A DNA stretch of 44,017 bases from Flavobacteriales bacterium (lineage in GTDB: Bacteria; Bacteroidota; Bacteroidia; Flavobacteriales; JBLHRE01), in NCBI GenBank assembly GCA_047625765.1, contig JBLHRE010000001.1:1-44017 (forward strand), in the 5' to 3' direction. Below the pieces are notes generated by a model. The model saw only the letters and a program-made list of their open reading frames with translations, was not told the DNA's origin and searched no databases. The translations under genes and the position numbers were made by a program. Each line of letters opens with the position of its first letter. Position 1 is the stretch's first letter. Shown piece by piece: positions 19,583-28,535 of the stretch.

Positions 19583-19969
19583 ATGGCTGTTACTCATACT
19601 ATAGGAAGGCGTAAAAAGGCAATCGCACGTGTTTACCTGAAAGACGGTAAAGGTACGATCCTTGTGAACGGAAAAGATTATAAGAATTATTTCCCAACAG
19701 GTACGTTACAGTACAAAATAGAGCAATCATTTGCTCTAACTGAAAATACAGGAAAATTTGATGTTAATGTTAATGTGATCGGTGGTGGTGTTACTGGTCA
19801 GGCTGAGGCAATTCGTCTTGGAATCTCTCGTGCTTTGTGCGTGTTAGATCCTGAGCACAGAATTGTACTTAAACCTGAAGGTTTACTTACTCGTGATCCG
19901 AGAATGGTGGAACGTAAAAAATTCGGTCAGAAGAAAGCCCGTAAGAAATTCCAGTTCTCTAAACGTTAA
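19583..19969 (+). CDS. rpsI: 30S ribosomal protein S9
   Basis: GRRKKAIARVYL..., GGGVTGQAEAIRLGISRAL and a C-terminal ...KKARKKFQFSKR are typical of uS9. Confidence 0.97.
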   Translation: MAVTHTIGRRKKAIARVYLKDGKGTILVNGKDYKNYFPTGTLQYKIEQSFALTENTGKFDVNVNVIGGGVTGQAEAIRLGISRALCVLDPEHRIVLKPEGLLTRDPRMVERKKFGQKKARKKFQFSKR

Positions 19970-19986
19970 TACTGGTTTAGAATCTA

Positions 19987-20034
19987 AACTGCCAAGACTG
20001 CTTCAGGATCTCCTTGAGTCGCTACTTGGCAGTT
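19987..20034 (+). terminator. stem-loop after rpsI (10-bp outer stem with an inner hairpin); possible terminator/attenuator or rpsB leader structure
   Basis: AACTGCCAAG (19987-19996) pairs perfectly with CTTGGCAGTT (20025-20034). An inner helix TCAGG/CCTGA-type forms within TCAGGATCTCCTTGA (one G-U pair). The element is followed by a T-rich TGTTATTATT. Confidence 0.4.
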
Positions 20035-20075
20035 GTTATTATTAAAAGAAGGTAAACAAGATTAAGAAAATCAAA

Positions 20076-21062
20076 ATGGCGAAAATTAACACGCAAGATT
20101 TATTGAAAGCAGGTGTTCACTTTGGACACCTTACGCGTAAGTGGAATCCAGCAATGGCTCCTTACATCTTTATGGAACGTAATGGTATCCATATTATTGA
20201 CTTGAACAAAACTGTTGCAAAAATCGAAGAGGTTTCTGAAGCATTGCAATCTATTGCTCGTTCTGGTCGTAAGGTTCTTTTTGTTGCTACTAAGAAACAA
20301 GCTAAAGAAGGTGTTGCAGCTGCTGCAGCAGAAATTAATATGCCTTACATCACTGAGCGCTGGCCTGGTGGAATGTTAACAAACTTTGTTACCATTCGTA
20401 AAGCAATTAAGAAGATGTCTATTATCGACAAGATGAAGGTTGATGGTACTTTCTTGACTTTGTCTAAAAGAGAGCGTTTACAAGTAGATCGTCAAAGAGC
20501 TAAATTGGAATTGAACTTAGGTTCTATTGCTGATATGACTCGTTTGCCAGGTGCATTGTTTATCGTTGATATCAAGCGTGAACACATCGCTGTTGCTGAA
20601 GCTCAGAAGTTGGGTATCCCAACTTTCGCTATCGTTGATACAAACTCAAACCCTAACGAAGTTGATTTTGCAATTCCTGCAAATGATGATGCTTCTAGAT
20701 CTGTTGAAAAAGTGGTGTCTTTCATCATTGATGCAATGAAAGAAGGTTTGAGCGAACGTGCAAACGAAAAAGCAATCGCTAAGAAAGCTGAAGAAAAAGT
20801 AGCTGAAGAGAAAGAAGCTGCTAAAGCTGCCGCTGCTGCTGCAAAAGCTGCTCCTGCTCCAGCAAAAGAAGAGACTCCTGCTAAGGAAGAAGCTCCTGCT
20901 GCTGCAAAAGTTGTTCCTGCTCCAGTAAAAGAAGAGACTCCTACTAAGGAAGAAACTCCTGTTGCTGCAAAAGAAGAAACTCCTGTTGCTGCAAAAGAAG
21001 AGGCTCCTGCAAAGGAAGAGGCTAAAGAAGAAATAAAGGCGGAGGAAAAATCTGCTGAATAA
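20076..21062 (+). CDS. rpsB: 30S ribosomal protein S2 with a ~100-aa Ala/Glu/Lys/Pro-rich C-terminal extension
   Basis: The uS2 core (LLKAGVHFGH, ERWPGGMLTN, FIVD...E...A..E.KLGIP) is followed from about nt 20761 by low-complexity KEE[TA]P[AV]AAK repeats. Confidence 0.95.
   Translation: MAKINTQDLLKAGVHFGHLTRKWNPAMAPYIFMERNGIHIIDLNKTVAKIEEVSEALQSIARSGRKVLFVATKKQAKEGVAAAAAEINMPYITERWPGGMLTNFVTIRKAIKKMSIIDKMKVDGTFLTLSKRERLQVDRQRAKLELNLGSIADMTRLPGALFIVDIKREHIAVAEAQKLGIPTFAIVDTNSNPNEVDFAIPANDDASRSVEKVVSFIIDAMKEGLSERANEKAIAKKAEEKVAEEKEAAKAAAAAAKAAPAPAKEETPAKEEAPAAAKVVPAPVKEETPTKEETPVAAKEETPVAAKEEAPAKEEAKEEIKAEEKSAE
20949..20996 (+). repeat. perfect 24-bp in-frame tandem duplication (GAAGAAACTCCTGTTGCTGCAAAA x2) inside the rpsB tail
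   Basis: Units 20949-20972 and 20973-20996 are identical. Degenerate copies flank them on both sides. Confidence 0.9.
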
Positions 21063-21087
21063 TTATCCATTATAAAACTGTAAAGTG

Positions 21088-21912
21088 ATGACTAAAGTTA
21101 CAGCTGCTGAAGTAAGTAAGCTTAGAAAGCAAACTGGTGCCGGAATGATGGATTGCAAGAAGGCCTTGGTTGAAACAAATGGAGATTTTGAAGCTGCAGT
21201 AGATTTTCTACGCAAATCAGGTCAAAAAGTTGCTGCAAAACGTGCCGACAGGGACGCTAGCGAAGGTGTTGTATTATCTAAAGCTAGCGCTGATGGTAAA
21301 ATAGGAATTCTTTTATGTTTGAACTGCGAAACTGATTTCGTAGCGAAAAACGATGATTTTGTGAAATTAGCAACAGACTTATTAGAAGTAGCATTAAACG
21401 AAAAGCCTGCTAATACAGAAGCTTTCAAAGCTTTGGCTTTTGAAGGTATGACAGTTGGTGAGAAATTAATCGAAAAAACTGGTGTTATCGGTGAAAAGAT
21501 TGAAATCTCTGCTTACGAAATGGTAGAATCTGAATTCGTTGCTTCTTATATACACGCGGGTAACAGATTGGCTACTTTGGTTGGTATGACTAAAGAAGCT
21601 GCTGAAGCAGGTAAGGATGTTGCAATGCAAGTTGCGGCAATGAACCCACTAGGTTTAGATAAAGGTGATGTTGCTGATGATGTAGTTGCTCGTGAAAGGG
21701 AGTTGGCTATGGATATGGCACGTGAAGAAGGTAAGCCTGAGCAAATGATTGAGCAAATTGCTATGGGTCGTGTTAACAAATTCTACAAAGAGAACACTTT
21801 ATTAAACCAAGCGTTTATTAAAGATAGTAAGAAATCTGTTTCTCAATATTTGAAAGATGTTGACGGTGATCTTACAGTTACTACATTCAAAAGAGTTGGT
21901 TTAGGAGTTTAA
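21088..21912 (+). CDS. tsf: translation elongation factor Ts
   Basis: The UBA-like N-terminus ...VSKLRKQTGAGMMDCKKAL and the rest of the protein are typical of EF-Ts. The ATG at 21088 is preferred over the adjacent GTG at 21085. Confidence 0.95.
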   Translation: MTKVTAAEVSKLRKQTGAGMMDCKKALVETNGDFEAAVDFLRKSGQKVAAKRADRDASEGVVLSKASADGKIGILLCLNCETDFVAKNDDFVKLATDLLEVALNEKPANTEAFKALAFEGMTVGEKLIEKTGVIGEKIEISAYEMVESEFVASYIHAGNRLATLVGMTKEAAEAGKDVAMQVAAMNPLGLDKGDVADDVVARERELAMDMAREEGKPEQMIEQIAMGRVNKFYKENTLLNQAFIKDSKKSVSQYLKDVDGDLTVTTFKRVGLGV

Positions 21913-21977
21913 TATTCCTTTCAATTATATAAAAATCCGAATCATTACTGATTCGGATTTTTTTTGCTGAAAACTTT
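21895..21977 (+). repeat. left copy of the 83-bp perfect direct repeat (last 5 tsf codons + stop + terminator)
   Basis: Base-for-base identical to 28536-28618 (offset 6641 bp). Verified by aligning the two stretches by eye. Confidence 0.95.
21931..21965 (+). terminator. intrinsic terminator of rpsB-tsf
   Basis: A 13-bp stem AAAAATCCGAATC/GATTCGGATTTTT with loop ATTACT and an 8-T run. Confidence 0.85.
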
Positions 21978-22102
21978 GGGTATGAAATTTCGTAGTTTTT
22001 ATAATATACAATTACCTTATGTATTTGGCTGGTTTTAAGAGTGATAGATTTATGGTGAATTTTATTACCTTGTGTGTTTGTTAACCATAACTCATATAAC
22101 CC

Positions 22103-25100
22103 ATGAAAAAACATGCAATGCTTGGTCTTTTGTGTCTAAGCTTAAACCTACACTCTATTGCACAAGTTGTGAATGATATTGATATGACTGTATCCGAAAT
22201 ATTTGATGCAAATATTTCGATTTTGGATTCTCTGGAGGAATCTGGTGATACAAATAGGTATCAATGGTTTGGAAAAAGATGGCAGCGGTGGCAACATCAA
22301 AACACGGATATGTTAGGAGACCTTTCTAAAACTCCTAGGGAACATCTTGCAATGAGAAATAAAAATAATGGAATTTCGACAACAATAGATATTGGCCTGA
22401 CTGAGGGATTTTCTCGATCAACACCAAATTTGTGTCCCGATGTTTGGGATGAAATTGGAGCATTTGGCCCCCCACTTATTTATGCCCAGAACAACGAGCC
22501 AGTTCCAATGGGAGGAAGAGGGAATGGTAGAATAGATTTTGTGAAATATGATGCTACAAATAATCTACTATTTGCCTGCTCTCCCGGCGGAGGATTGTTC
22601 TATAGAAACATGAATGATGTGCATTGGAAGACAACCGGTTTTGATAAAATAAAAACTACTGGGGCTTCATATTTAGTGACTTCCCCTTTCAATTCGGATA
22701 TTTGGTTTGTGGCGACAGGAGGTTCAGATAGAAGAGATAAATACAAGCCATCGGATGGAGTATATAGGACCCTTGATGGAGGGGCTACTTGGGAATCTAT
22801 GTATTTGGTGGTAAATCAACCATCAAAGCCATTAAGAACAAATTACCAATGGTCAGGAACCATATTATATATTCAAAAAATATTAATGCACCCTTCAAAT
22901 CAAGATATTTTGTATGCGGCAACTACTTGGGGAATTTACAAAACTGTAAACGCTACAGAGTCCATACCTGAATGGAATCTAGTTTTAAGGAATGAAGGTA
23001 TTGATTCAAAACATGAGAGATTTTATGATATTGAATTTAAACCAGGAGATCCATCTGTGATTATGGCTTCTGGGGATTATGCTTGGATTTCGAATGACGA
23101 TGGGGAAGTTGGCTCTTGGTTCACAATTGGAGATATACAGAGTATCGTTGATGCTATACCTTGTGGAGAGCATAAAATTGGATTGGCTGTTACTCCTGCA
23201 AACCCCAATCGACTAATAATGATGGCTGCTCAACGTGACCCACAAGATGTTACTCTTTGTTCTGAAAAAGCTAAATTTTATACTTTTAATACAGTCACTA
23301 ATAAATGGGATTATTTAGGAGAACGTTCTAGTGTGGATACTTTTGTGCATACTTTAACCATTTCACAAGTTGATGAAACAAAAATGTTATTTGGAACCAT
23401 GGGAGGTTCAAATATTCATGTTTGGACAATAAACTATGGAGACCTTTCTAAACAAATTAAATCGTCAAATGTGGGTCATTTAGATACTCGGTTTATTGTT
23501 TCAGACTTAACTAACGGAGATGAGGATTTTTATGTTGGTAATGATGGCGGATTGCTAAAGTTTGAAAATATTGATAGTCCGAGTAACTATCAAGATTTAA
23601 CTGAGGATTTGGCTGCTGTAACGGCTTATGTTGTTGGAGATTCTGAATTTGACAAAAATGCCATCCTATATGGCGCTCAAGATAATCATGGTAACCTAAA
23701 AATTACGGGAACAGACTGGATGGTTGGATCTTTTGGAGATGGTAACGGTGCTTTGGGTGATAAGCATGACCCTGACTTGTTTTACCTAACAAATTACCCT
23801 AATTCAAACAATCAGTTAATGAAAATAACTCACGATGGAAGTGGAGGTTTTACTAGAGAAAATATTTATCCAGGCCAGTCAAGTCCTTTATACGATAAAT
23901 TTGCCTTTTCCATAGAGCAAAATAATTTCAAAGACCACCTTTATTATGCAGCAAATGGACTAGGTAGAAAAACTAGCGAATTTAATAATGGCAACTGGCA
24001 GGTGATATACGATGATGAATCTTGGGGGTTTGGGAGTCCTGCTCCTTCTCCTGTGAATAAAGATATTTTGTTTGTGGTTTTATGGAAAAAAATCCCAAAT
24101 AGCGGAGCTATTTTTAGAGTGATGAAGTCTAAAAACATTACTGCTGAGAACCCAGATTTTGAAGAAGTAGATTTGTCAGCATTTAACACAAATAACGAGT
24201 TAACATGGATAGCTATTGAGGCTGACGATATTAATGAAAATGGGTTTTGGTTGGCTAATCCAGGTTATTTTAATAAGCCAAAAGTTGCGTATTACGATGG
24301 AATTATTCTTCATGATATATCAGGGAATTTGCCGGATGATGTAAGTGTAAAAAAAGTGGTGAAACAACCTGGGCCGAGTAATATTATATATGTAGCGACT
24401 ACCCAAGGAGTGTTTAAATCTAGGAACAATACAGGGATTTGGGAAGAAATGTGTGGCATTCCTTATGCTATGGTTAATGATTTGGAAATTAATCAATGTG
24501 CTCAGAAATTAAGAGCGGCTACTTTTGGTAGAGGTATATGGGAAGCTGATTTAGAGTCAGAAGATATATTAGAAGTGAATATAGGTGCTGATGTGTATAT
24601 ACCAACAGACCCTCCACGTGAGATTAATGTTAAAGCGGGTTCTGTAGCTATAGTAACGGGGCAAGTAAATATGCCCATTGGTGGTAAAATTGTTATTGAA
24701 AGGGGAGGTAAACTAATAATTAATGGAGGAACTATTACATGTAATTGTGGATTTTGGGAAGGGATTCAGGTAGAAGGGGATAAATCACAGCCTTCTTATC
24801 ATCCAACGCAGGGAGAGGTGCAAGTAATTAATGGAGGAACTATTAAACATGCGAAAATTGCTATTTCAACCTCCAAAAAGACCAATGATATTATCCAATG
24901 GGATTATACTGGAGGTGTAATAAAAGCGGATAATGCCAATTTCATTGATAATTGGAGAGATATTGAAATGCTTACATACCATGATTCAAATAGACCTTAT
25001 TTGAATAGGACAAACTTTAAGAATACCACTTTCAAACGAACAAATCATTATGAATTGCTCTATAAAGATGTTTCTCACTTTGTACATTTAGAAAATGTGG

Positions 25101-26794
25101 CAGGGATTGAATTCAGTAATTGTCATTTTATTGGCAAAGAGTCTGATCTCCCTAATGATAGCGAAATCGGAATTTATAGTAATGGGTCCCATTTTAATGT
25201 TTCGGGTATTTGTGACCAATATGATGCTACTAATGCGATTGCAAGTTGTGTTGAATGGGAAAGGAGTAGTTTTGAAAATATCACCACAGGAATTATGGCA
25301 ACAAATATTGCTCCAACCTCCTTTGTTCCAAGTATTGCGTATGCTAATTTTATTAATTGCTACGAAGGGATTAGATTAGAAGGATTGATAAACGCTAGCG
25401 TGCATGATAATCAGTTTGTATTGCATGCACCAAGAAAAGGTTGGGAAAAACCATATGGAGTTTATTTAAGAGGTTGCACGGGTTATGGAGTTTATGATAA
25501 TACTTTTGAAGGGAATAACTTTACCGATTTTGGTGTTATCGTGAATAATTCTGCTCCTGACCCAAACCTCATTAACCGAAACGATTTCAATGGTTTGGCA
25601 CTCGGAATGTTGATTGAAGGTGAAAATAGGGATCCAAGTACCGGGGCTGGTTTAATAAACCAATGCAATAATTTCTCCCTTAGAAGGTATAATAAAACCC
25701 TTGATGAACAAGGTGTTAATAATGGCTATGACATCGCTTTGGTACCAGTGGGTAGCGCCAATCCATCTGTTGCTAATTATTGGGGAGATAGAGATGCTGA
25801 GAGTTATCCGGAATTGGCAAACAACTATTTTTCAGATAACTGCTTTACAGCAGATGATACCCATATTACGTCTGTTAATCTTCAACATAAATTGAAATAT
25901 GTGGTTAGTTTTGATCAGAACAATACCCCGTACCTGCCTGTTTGCTATAATGCAAGTTCTTTAGATATTGATCCTAAGTCTATTACTAGGTCTACCGGTT
26001 TCAACTATGATGTAGATTGTGCCAATTTTTATGATAATGTAACGACATCCACCTTGCGAGAGGTACAACAAACTTATAAGGATTTATTAGCACGTGCCCC
26101 AGGGGAGAATAAATTAAATAAAAGCGAAGCTATTGTCAACGAATTGGCAATAATAAAGAAAGCATACAAACTTCAATTAGATCATTACTTGAGGCAGAAA
26201 TTACACCCTAGGGATAATGAGTTTATTGATGATCAAAACATAAAATCAACACTCTTAGAGTTTGGAAGAGACTTTGAATCTTACCGATGGGTAATTTTAG
26301 CGAATAGCATGGATGATGTAGCTATTACCGATTCTTCCATCTTGCCCTTTATCGACTTATATAAAGGTGCTATCCAAAATGGATATTGGAATACAAGCAG
26401 CTTATCCAGTTATTGTGGTGATGTGTCAAGTTTTTATACGCCATTTGCAGAGGCAATTAGCAATAATCATTTTGATGAAGTGATACAATATCCTGCTATC
26501 AATTCAAAAGGCCGTATGTCTAGGGAAGAGCCCAATACTCAAGGAAAAGTATTGGAGGTTGCGCCTAATCCTAGTTTGGGTTTATTCAACTTAAATTTCA
26601 ATCGGGATCTGTTAAAAAAAGGGGTGTTGGTAGTCTATGATATGCAGGGTAGGGCTCTAATTGATTATACCTTAAGGGATGAAGTTTCAGCATTAAACTT
26701 AAATTTAGAAGGGTATCCAAAGGGCATTTATATGTTAAAACTCATCGGAAATGATCATGAAATTATTGAGCTACATAAATTATTACTACAGTAA
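22103..26794 (+). CDS. 1563-aa secreted multidomain protein of unknown function: signal peptide, Asp-box/BNR-type beta-propeller-like region, beta-helix-like region, T9SS type-A C-terminal sorting domain
   Basis: Signal peptide MKKHAMLGLLCLSLNLHSIAQ. Asp-box TLDGGATW (nt 22769-22792). The propeller-like region runs to ...FGRGIWEADLE (about aa 815). This is followed by repetitive G-x-I/V-x-I-xxGG-x-L-x-INGGTI strands. The C-terminal ~80 aa (nt 26546-26791: VAPNPSLGLFNLNF...KGIYMLKLIG...) look like a Por_Secre_tail sorting domain. Confidence 0.85.
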   Translation: MKKHAMLGLLCLSLNLHSIAQVVNDIDMTVSEIFDANISILDSLEESGDTNRYQWFGKRWQRWQHQNTDMLGDLSKTPREHLAMRNKNNGISTTIDIGLTEGFSRSTPNLCPDVWDEIGAFGPPLIYAQNNEPVPMGGRGNGRIDFVKYDATNNLLFACSPGGGLFYRNMNDVHWKTTGFDKIKTTGASYLVTSPFNSDIWFVATGGSDRRDKYKPSDGVYRTLDGGATWESMYLVVNQPSKPLRTNYQWSGTILYIQKILMHPSNQDILYAATTWGIYKTVNATESIPEWNLVLRNEGIDSKHERFYDIEFKPGDPSVIMASGDYAWISNDDGEVGSWFTIGDIQSIVDAIPCGEHKIGLAVTPANPNRLIMMAAQRDPQDVTLCSEKAKFYTFNTVTNKWDYLGERSSVDTFVHTLTISQVDETKMLFGTMGGSNIHVWTINYGDLSKQIKSSNVGHLDTRFIVSDLTNGDEDFYVGNDGGLLKFENIDSPSNYQDLTEDLAAVTAYVVGDSEFDKNAILYGAQDNHGNLKITGTDWMVGSFGDGNGALGDKHDPDLFYLTNYPNSNNQLMKITHDGSGGFTRENIYPGQSSPLYDKFAFSIEQNNFKDHLYYAANGLGRKTSEFNNGNWQVIYDDESWGFGSPAPSPVNKDILFVVLWKKIPNSGAIFRVMKSKNITAENPDFEEVDLSAFNTNNELTWIAIEADDINENGFWLANPGYFNKPKVAYYDGIILHDISGNLPDDVSVKKVVKQPGPSNIIYVATTQGVFKSRNNTGIWEEMCGIPYAMVNDLEINQCAQKLRAATFGRGIWEADLESEDILEVNIGADVYIPTDPPREINVKAGSVAIVTGQVNMPIGGKIVIERGGKLIINGGTITCNCGFWEGIQVEGDKSQPSYHPTQGEVQVINGGTIKHAKIAISTSKKTNDIIQWDYTGGVIKADNANFIDNWRDIEMLTYHDSNRPYLNRTNFKNTTFKRTNHYELLYKDVSHFVHLENVAGIEFSNCHFIGKESDLPNDSEIGIYSNGSHFNVSGICDQYDATNAIASCVEWERSSFENITTGIMATNIAPTSFVPSIAYANFINCYEGIRLEGLINASVHDNQFVLHAPRKGWEKPYGVYLRGCTGYGVYDNTFEGNNFTDFGVIVNNSAPDPNLINRNDFNGLALGMLIEGENRDPSTGAGLINQCNNFSLRRYNKTLDEQGVNNGYDIALVPVGSANPSVANYWGDRDAESYPELANNYFSDNCFTADDTHITSVNLQHKLKYVVSFDQNNTPYLPVCYNASSLDIDPKSITRSTGFNYDVDCANFYDNVTTSTLREVQQTYKDLLARAPGENKLNKSEAIVNELAIIKKAYKLQLDHYLRQKLHPRDNEFIDDQNIKSTLLEFGRDFESYRWVILANSMDDVAITDSSILPFIDLYKGAIQNGYWNTSSLSSYCGDVSSFYTPFAEAISNNHFDEVIQYPAINSKGRMSREEPNTQGKVLEVAPNPSLGLFNLNFNRDLLKKGVLVVYDMQGRALIDYTLRDEVSALNLNLEGYPKGIYMLKLIGNDHEIIELHKLLLQ

Positions 26795-28529
26795 GCAATT
26801 ATTATTGCTAGTATTGGCTTTGGGCATTGGAATTTCCAGTATGGCCCAAAGCCCTTTTACCTATAGATATACCAAGCATCAAAAGGAAGAGGGTTATTCC
26901 TTTCAGTTGCTGGAAGATAAAATTACTGTTATATGTGGTTATGGATGGCCTTCTTCTCCGATATTTTCCTATCCATCTTCGTTTACCATTGATTATGAAA
27001 AAAAACTATTAAATGAGGATACCCTTGATTTTATGGATATTTTTTATGTGTTGCCGGTAGATGAATCCTTTCTTTTGAATAGGGGTAAAATAGGCCATTC
27101 TTTAGATGGAGTTTTATTGAATAGTGATACTTCCGGATACTACCCTAATGATGCTATTGCTGTAGTTGATAGTCTCGGTAAATTTGACAGTATTATTTCC
27201 CTTGCATGGCTTTGGCACTCGGATAGTTTGTATACAAAAGGGGTGCAAAGATATACCGACTCTAGTTTAATAACTTTGGTAAAAAAGGATAATTATTCAA
27301 TTTCTTATTTTATAGAACTCGATTTTGAGGGCAATGAAATACGTAGGTGTTTTTTGGAGCGAGATGCTATTTATGCATTTAGACCCATGGCCAATGGAGA
27401 TTTGGTGCTTTGGTGGTTCGAAAATGGAAATAGTCATATACAGTTGATTAATACAGATTGTGAAATACGCTGGACCAGAGAATTGCACAATAGCATCGTC
27501 TGCTTAGGAGGGGTAGAAGGAAACTCTGTGGAGAATATTACTGAAGATTCGGAAGGGAATATTTATTTGGTAAGAACGGTGGATAGTCTTAATATCCCTG
27601 GAAATAGACAGCCAAAGTCAGTTATTCTTAAATTAGATCGAACGGACGGAAGCTGTATCTGGGAAAGAGGGATATCCCCCGCACATAATGGTGCCTTAAC
27701 CATAGGGGTTGAGTATGTCGAAAAGGATCATTCGGTTTTGTTTGCCAATACCTATGATTATATATACAATCCCCCATTAGAAATACCTTTAGGATTGGGT
27801 AAATTGGATGCTTCTACAGGTGATATTATATGGTTTAGAAAGGTAGATGTTCCTGAACTGAAATCCATTGGCTATGAAGCAACCCCTAGAGAACTTAAAA
27901 CGCATGGAGAAAACATTGTAACGCTTGCTACTATTGTCTATGAGACAAGAGATTCGCTGGGGAACATCGAGAAAATACATCGAGACCCCATGTTGTTCTA
28001 TCTGAATTGCGATGGTTTCGATAGTCTTCCCAGAGCAAATTTTACTGGAAGTAGCGAATCAAACCAAAATGTAATATTTTCTAATACAAGCACACATGCC
28101 TCAGAATTTTATTGGGATTTTGGAGATGGCACAACTAGTACAGATACTTTCCCTAGCCATACGTATGCTGCCGAAGGTTTTTATAACGTTCGGTTAATTG
28201 TCACATCCTGTGAGTATGCCGATACCATAAGTAAACAGATATATGCTACTAAAGTAAGCGTACAAGAATTTAATATTACGGATAAAGTATTGGTTTCTCC
28301 AAATCCAACGAGAGCGTATATTAATGTAGCGATAAACGAATTTAAAATAGGTGCAAATTGTAATTTAATGTTGTACAACAACTTAGGGGCTTTGGTTTTT
28401 TCTACAATGATACGTCAAGAGTTTTCAAGGCATTCTCTTTCAGATTTGCCTGATGGCATATATCATTTGCAAGTGCAACAAAATGGGAAATTATTGCATC
28501 ATCAAAAAATGATGCTGATGAAACCCTAA
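26751..28529 (+). CDS. 592-aa secreted protein of unknown function with a PKD domain and a T9SS type-A C-terminal sorting domain
   Basis: Signal peptide ...KQLLLLVLALGIGISSMAQ. PKD-like segment with the WDFGDGT motif (about nt 28035-28250). C-terminal LVSPNPTRAYINVAI...DGIYHLQVQQNGK... sorting domain. The start (ATG at 26751 or 26757) lies inside the preceding gene. Confidence 0.8.
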   Translation: MIMKLLSYINYYYSKQLLLLVLALGIGISSMAQSPFTYRYTKHQKEEGYSFQLLEDKITVICGYGWPSSPIFSYPSSFTIDYEKKLLNEDTLDFMDIFYVLPVDESFLLNRGKIGHSLDGVLLNSDTSGYYPNDAIAVVDSLGKFDSIISLAWLWHSDSLYTKGVQRYTDSSLITLVKKDNYSISYFIELDFEGNEIRRCFLERDAIYAFRPMANGDLVLWWFENGNSHIQLINTDCEIRWTRELHNSIVCLGGVEGNSVENITEDSEGNIYLVRTVDSLNIPGNRQPKSVILKLDRTDGSCIWERGISPAHNGALTIGVEYVEKDHSVLFANTYDYIYNPPLEIPLGLGKLDASTGDIIWFRKVDVPELKSIGYEATPRELKTHGENIVTLATIVYETRDSLGNIEKIHRDPMLFYLNCDGFDSLPRANFTGSSESNQNVIFSNTSTHASEFYWDFGDGTTSTDTFPSHTYAAEGFYNVRLIVTSCEYADTISKQIYATKVSVQEFNITDKVLVSPNPTRAYINVAINEFKIGANCNLMLYNNLGALVFSTMIRQEFSRHSLSDLPDGIYHLQVQQNGKLLHHQKMMLMKP

Positions 28530-28535
28530 ACCTGT

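Noticed and set aside
20800-21050. Tandem repeats as a possible CRISPR array or non-coding minisatellite
   Set aside because: The repeats are in frame within rpsB, contiguous without spacers, and encode a coherent peptide repeat.
20603-21070. 155-aa antisense ORF opposite the rpsB tail (Ala/Ser/Phe-rich)
   Set aside because: It is the mirror image of the GAA/GCT-rich repeat region of rpsB. The low-complexity sequence keeps the opposite strand open by chance.
21887-22114. 75-aa minus-strand ORF sharing an identical ~28-aa segment ([26 protein letters not shown]) with ORF 28402..28686
   Set aside because: The shared peptide is the reverse translation of the 83-bp direct repeat (tsf 3' end plus terminator). 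It has no independent coding signal and spans a terminator hairpin.
21978-28535. Islet as a prophage, IS element, transposon or ICE
   Set aside because: It contains no integrase, transposase, terminal inverted repeats or phage genes, only two cargo genes. I report it as a repeat-flanked indel or islet rather than a defined mobile element.
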